Shown in pieces: positions 58,976 to 64,000 of a stretch of 64,000 nucleotides of DNA (positions are counted from its first letter, which is position 1; each line of letters opens with the position of its first letter). The position numbers and the translations under genes were made by a program. The notes beneath the pieces are model-generated. The model was given only the letters and a program-made list of their open reading frames with translations. It did no database searches and was not told the DNA's origin. The DNA comes from Azolla caroliniana (Eukaryota > Plantae > Polypodiophyta), in contig JBHGNT010000015.1 of the NCBI GenBank assembly GCA_043228905.1, positions 2,356,001-2,420,000 of the forward strand. The letters are read 5' to 3'.

Positions 58976-59917
58976 CCTATCAGGTCTTGGTCATTTAATC
59001 TAGAAGTTATAATGTCATGCATAGAGAAAAAAGAGAGTGTCATAGTCGATTCCAAACAACTATTACTACCATGATATCGTTGAAACTCTTCCAATAATGG
59101 CTGTTATGATTGTCTTGATCTCTAGTCATGTGAGTAGGCAATCAATCCTTTTGCAAATCACGCATGTACTGAGAATGACTTTGTGCTTAGTTTCTTTCAC
59201 AGTAGATTTTTATTTTGTCAAAGAGGGAGGCGATAGTGAAAAATTCATTGTTCTTTGGGAGTTTTCGTATTAGATACATAACTGTAGATACAAAGTTCTT
59301 ATTATAAGATATGATTTGGTTGTCAGAATTGGCAACGAAAACTATATAACAAACGAAATGAGATTTCACTGTCTTTTCTGTAATAATTGTGGAATCAAAC
59401 AAATCTGTGTTATTTCTATCCTAACATGAAATTCCATGTGGATGCATATGGATAGCCAGATTGCTGTATTAGACTTATTGCTGACAATTTAAGACCTACC
59501 CCTAGCAATTAAACCAGAGAACAGACTGAGCAGAGTTCCTTGCAATCAAATTTTGAGGTCCTGAGAAATATTCTGGATCAAAGGTGGTCTGTCTTGAAAC
59601 TGTCCTAAGAATATCCAGTTAACAAAACCATATCAGGCATTGATCAAAACTAAAAAAACAGTTACAAAGGTCCAATTCCAACTTGGGAACATCTTATTTG
59701 AGAGACAATGATTTGAATACAACTTTATTATCTCTGCCAGATATTTTTAATCAGTTACAAGCAACTTGGTCTCATTCATATATCTTCTATTGCCAGCATA
59801 TTTGAGAAGCAATTATTCAAATACAATTTATTGCCACTATTTGTAAATCAGTTACAATAGCAACTTGGTCTCGTTCATAGAATCTGTATCTACCCCATCT
59901 TCAAAAAATAATCAAGC

Positions 59918-62900
59918 CTAAAACATTCTTCCAACCTTTATACTGTCTTCTGGCACAGAAGCAGGTAATTGAAATCGTTGCCATTTTCCAATCATCGGTT
60001 GCAGTAGTTGTACCTTGTCATACATACCAAGAAGCCCGCCAGTATGCACAAATAGCACTTTCCTTCCAATCCAATTCTCTGGATGCTGCTTCATGTCCCT
60101 CAGCAAACCAACCAAAGCCTTTCCACTGAGAAAAAAAACATCCATCATCTATCACATCTTCAAATGCTAAATTTCCATCACCATAAAAAATCCTAAAAGG
60201 ACATGTATGCATGAAAGCAAAGCAGTGCAATTATTCTAAATGCAAATGTTGCTTACCTGTATACAGGATCAAGAATCACTCCTGTTTTTTCTGCAATTTC
60301 TTTAATCACCTGGAGTTCCTCAGTTTTACTGATGGCATACCCTAGACCTTTTGCCTGGTTCAGTAAGGATAAAATAAAATTTAAGCCTTAGAAATAACCT
60401 AAAGCTAATACAAACATCATTCAGCAAAATGTTTTGAAGGATCTATGTATTGAACAAAATGAAAATCTTATAAAATCCTGAATGAGAGCCATGTGAGATT
60501 ACATCCACAACATTGACAAGGTCACGAGCATTGGCATTTGTATCCATCCCATCAAGGAGCCCTTGTATATAATCGTAGAAATAGTCCGGATCATCACAGA
60601 CTGAATATGCATACACCTGCAGAACCACATACGAGCTTCAAAATAGGATTGCCCCAATGTAGTCATAAATGTACATGTAGAAGACGTCAGGAGGAATCTG
60701 GATCCTGGAACAATTAATAATGACCTAAACTTACATATGCAACGACATTGAGAAAACATATTCCACTGATACACCTGAGAGATCTATGCATCCCACGAAA
60801 CATATATTCAATTTACATGACAAACCAACTACCAGGCTCTCATGCACATTCTCTTTACGAAAGCTTTCATGTACTGTACTCATCATGCCTTGAGACAATT
60901 CCATGTTCTCACTCCTCTCGACTTTTATACTCAAGCATTGCCTAAAGGGAAGCTGATGAGGCTGAAAATTTTAGGTGTCTCAGTCACTTGTTTTGCTTGG
61001 CCAAGTTGTTCTTTGCTGGTTCAGGTTCCTCTCAGAGATTTGTAACAAGAATGTTCTTTTTAATAAAGTTTGTTTGGTTTGGTAATTTTAAAAAGAAAAT
61101 TGTCTCTTTCTTTATAAGGCAAGAGATGTTCAAAGGAAGATTCATCCAATGTCTGTTCATGAGTTGGTAATTCATCTGCACAGCGCAGAAACTAGAAATC
61201 GGAAGTCTGATTAACAAATTATAATGGAAGCCCATGCAGAGGTTTGTGCACTCTTGTAGTGCAGAAAATCTTGAGGCAACAAAATAGTCATCAAGGATCA
61301 GAAATATGCTATAAAAAAGAGGCTTCCAACTTTCATGATGTGTAGATTCTAGACACTAATTAGATATAGAAAGGTTCCAGTTCAGCTCATGAATCATACC
61401 AGAGAAGGATGGAGATCCTATAAACCATACATCACCATAACTGATATGAAAGAGTTACCTTAAAGCACAGTGCTTACCCGAGCTTTCAAAGAGCTCAAAT
61501 GTGACGCTAGGGCTAACCCTGCTGTTGTGCCACCACTAAATAGGGGAAAAGAAGATTAAATACTATATTTAGTTGAGCACATGCTGTAAGAGCTTTTATA
61601 ATGAAATGTGAATTCTAATAAATAAACCTGCCACACGCCATCACGATGTCAGTGAATTTATCAGGTCCACAAAGTCCTTCACTTATTTGTTCCTCAATCT
61701 CTCTTATTGCTTCAACATAGCCCCTTTATGAAGAATAATTCGTTATTAAGTGAATGTTTCTCATTTTCCAGAGAAGAAAAAGGAATACAAACCATGCTCC
61801 CAAAGAATTTGAGCCTCCAACAGGTATTAAATAAGGAGATCGTTTTTCATGAATAAGTCTTTCCTTTAGCATTTGACCAAGAGCCTGCATACAGTTACAC
61901 TTATCAAAACATCGCACCCTCCATAACAAATAGCATTCCCTCACATTTTCCGATTGTGTTAGTACAATTACACAAATAAATGAACCCATTCATTTAATAG
62001 CCTTTCCTTTATTTCTGTTTTATACTTCACAGTTGTTCTCATTCTTGGTTTAATTCAACCTTACATTAAAAGGAACAAACACAGTGCAAAAACTGTTTCT
62101 ATGCCTAAATAAACTATTTACCTCTGAACCATACTGCTTGTATTCCTCCTTTGAGACCAATTCCACATGGGCACCAACCATCCTCTCAACAAGTAGATTA
62201 CCCATCAGACCAGGGTCTTCCTCAACCAAAGACTGCAGTCCCAGAAACAGATATAAGAATACATATATGTTAATCACAAAATGAACACTGTGAACTACAT
62301 CGCTATTTTGCTTTTTACACTTTAAATTGAACCTACTCTGTTTGTTCGAAGAATGAGGTAGCAATCGAGGTTCAGATATCGTGCTGCCACGGCAGTTGCT
62401 CGGCAATGATTACTCTGAATCCCTCCTAGGGTAATGACACAGTCAGCACCCTCTGCTTTGGCTGCTGCCATGAGAAACTCAAGTTTCCGGACTTTATTGC
62501 CACTAAGTTGCATTCCTGTCAAGTCATCTCTCTACAATCAAGGTAGGTAAGTCTACCTCTTTCCAATGTTGTGCATATATTCCAACAAAACAGTGCTCAC
62601 CTTTATCCATAACTCAGTACTCTCTGGCAAGTTTGGTAATTCCCACCGGTGTATTGGTGTAGGGAACTGCAATATAAATAATAATTGAGGCTGAAATATC
62701 TTATCAATCACCTATGGTGTATAAATAGTCATAAATCTAATTGTTCCAGCTTAAATATCATGCTTCACTCATAACTTTTCTGTTGTTCATTTGCTGCCAC
62801 AATAACATTCCAGAGAATGTTGCAACCAGGTGAAAAGAACATACAGAGAATACTTTTGCTAAAGAAGACAGAAAATGCTGTGTCATTTATTAACACATGT

Positions 62901-63472
62901 ATTGAGACTAACCTAAAGTGAGTGTTCTTTTCCCAATCAGACACTTTTCTCTCCTTCTACCAATGTAGTGTGAATCCATCCAGCCTTTAGAAAAGGTTAT
63001 TAGGTAGCTTCATCAGTAAAAGGGAAACAAGGGAGTTGCTAATCACATCTACATAAAGTACATTTATAAAAGAGAGAGAGTATGATTGCCAAGAGTAGGC
63101 ACAGAATGGGGTTTCAATCATCTTTCAGGATATTTACAATCAAACAAAGTTTGATGGAGCTGAACTCATCGTAGACAGCTTCAAAGTGATAATATTATTG
63201 TACAAACATGTGTTCATGTATACCCAACAGACATATCAAAGTGCAACATCACAATGTCGAAGTGTGCATCCTAACTACCATAGTTGCAGGAAAGGACCAT
63301 TCCTCAAAACAATTTAAATATTTTCAAAAAACAAGAAAAACAGAAATTCTTTTCCAATAACATAAATTTGCTTAATTTTTGCTTTTCTTCTTTTTTTCCT
63401 GTTGACCAAAACCTTAACTTCACCAGAATCATCTACATATTGAACACATACCTGGCACCATAGAAACACCCC

Positions 63473-63503
<31 letters not shown>

Positions 63504-63740
63504 AAAAAAAAAAGACGACCTTTTCAACATGAAAGGGGGTAAATGGAGACGAAGGGGAGAGAAGTGACTTACTTGCCCAAGGGAGACAAAACTGGTGGGG
63601 AGATGGAGGTGAGAGGCCCATGAAGGGGGAGAGTAGGGAGCCTCCTGAAGCATGGGTGGTCTCTTCCTCTGAACAGAAGCAGGGCTTTCCATAGCTGCTA
63701 CAGTGAATGATGATGCATTGGGCAATGGCAACAGAGCCAT
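59918..63740 (-). CDS. DCD: D-cysteine desulfhydrase (PLP-dependent, ACC-deaminase-like family); about 10 exons
   Basis: [11 protein letters not shown]; [14 protein letters not shown]; [20 protein letters not shown]; [15 protein letters not shown]; [15 protein letters not shown]; [13 protein letters not shown]; [11 protein letters not shown]; [10 protein letters not shown]; KGLGYA; [12 protein letters not shown]; [10 protein letters not shown]. Confidence 0.95.
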
Positions 63741-64000
63741 GTCTCTTTCTCTGTGTGTGTGTGTGTGTGTGTTTGTGGGATTAGTACTATGATGAGAGAC
63801 AAAGAATGAAAGAAGGGCCTTTTCTTTACAAATGAAATGTTGTTGTTAAATCATATGTCTTGTCCGCGGAAACTCTGATCCGATATCCGAGTCATTGATT
63901 GATGTAATGGCGAGAACTGCCGGGCACGGGATTGCCATCGGGTGGTTCATGAACTCTATATTACATAATGCCAATTTGTCACAAACCCGATCGATATAGT

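Overview
This is AT-rich, intron-containing nuclear DNA from a land plant. A fern or other seed-free vascular plant is plausible but not proven (PLS-type PPR relic, compact genes, long microsatellites). Eight spliced protein-coding genes can be reconstructed: a GT106/O-fucosyltransferase (RRT-like, +), a plastid-targeted DUF3110-like protein (-), a SNARE-associated/TVP38 membrane protein (+), an NC/LRAT-domain protein (-), a B3-domain protein (-), a NIMA-related kinase (+), an RGGA/Stm1/SERBP1-type RNA-binding protein (+) and D-cysteine desulfhydrase (-). The spacers hold LINE relics (one with a 17-bp TSD), hAT-type MITEs with 8-bp TSDs, tRNA-derived SINE heads, a long-TIR TGT...ACA element resembling Ginger/GingerRoot, a PPR pseudogene and a U2 snRNA fragment. 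The most striking locus is the RGGA-like gene. It carries a tandem array of seven duplicated 62-66-nt phase-2/phase-2 micro-exons, each encoding a variant of the 'R-x-F/Y-D-R-R-S-G' motif. Upstream lies a 29-bp minisatellite with telo-box-like and site-II motifs. Downstream lies a six-copy ~185-bp tandem array whose core is a CpG-decayed piece of bacterial/plastid-type 16S rRNA. All family assignments are from recognition of motifs, not database searches.
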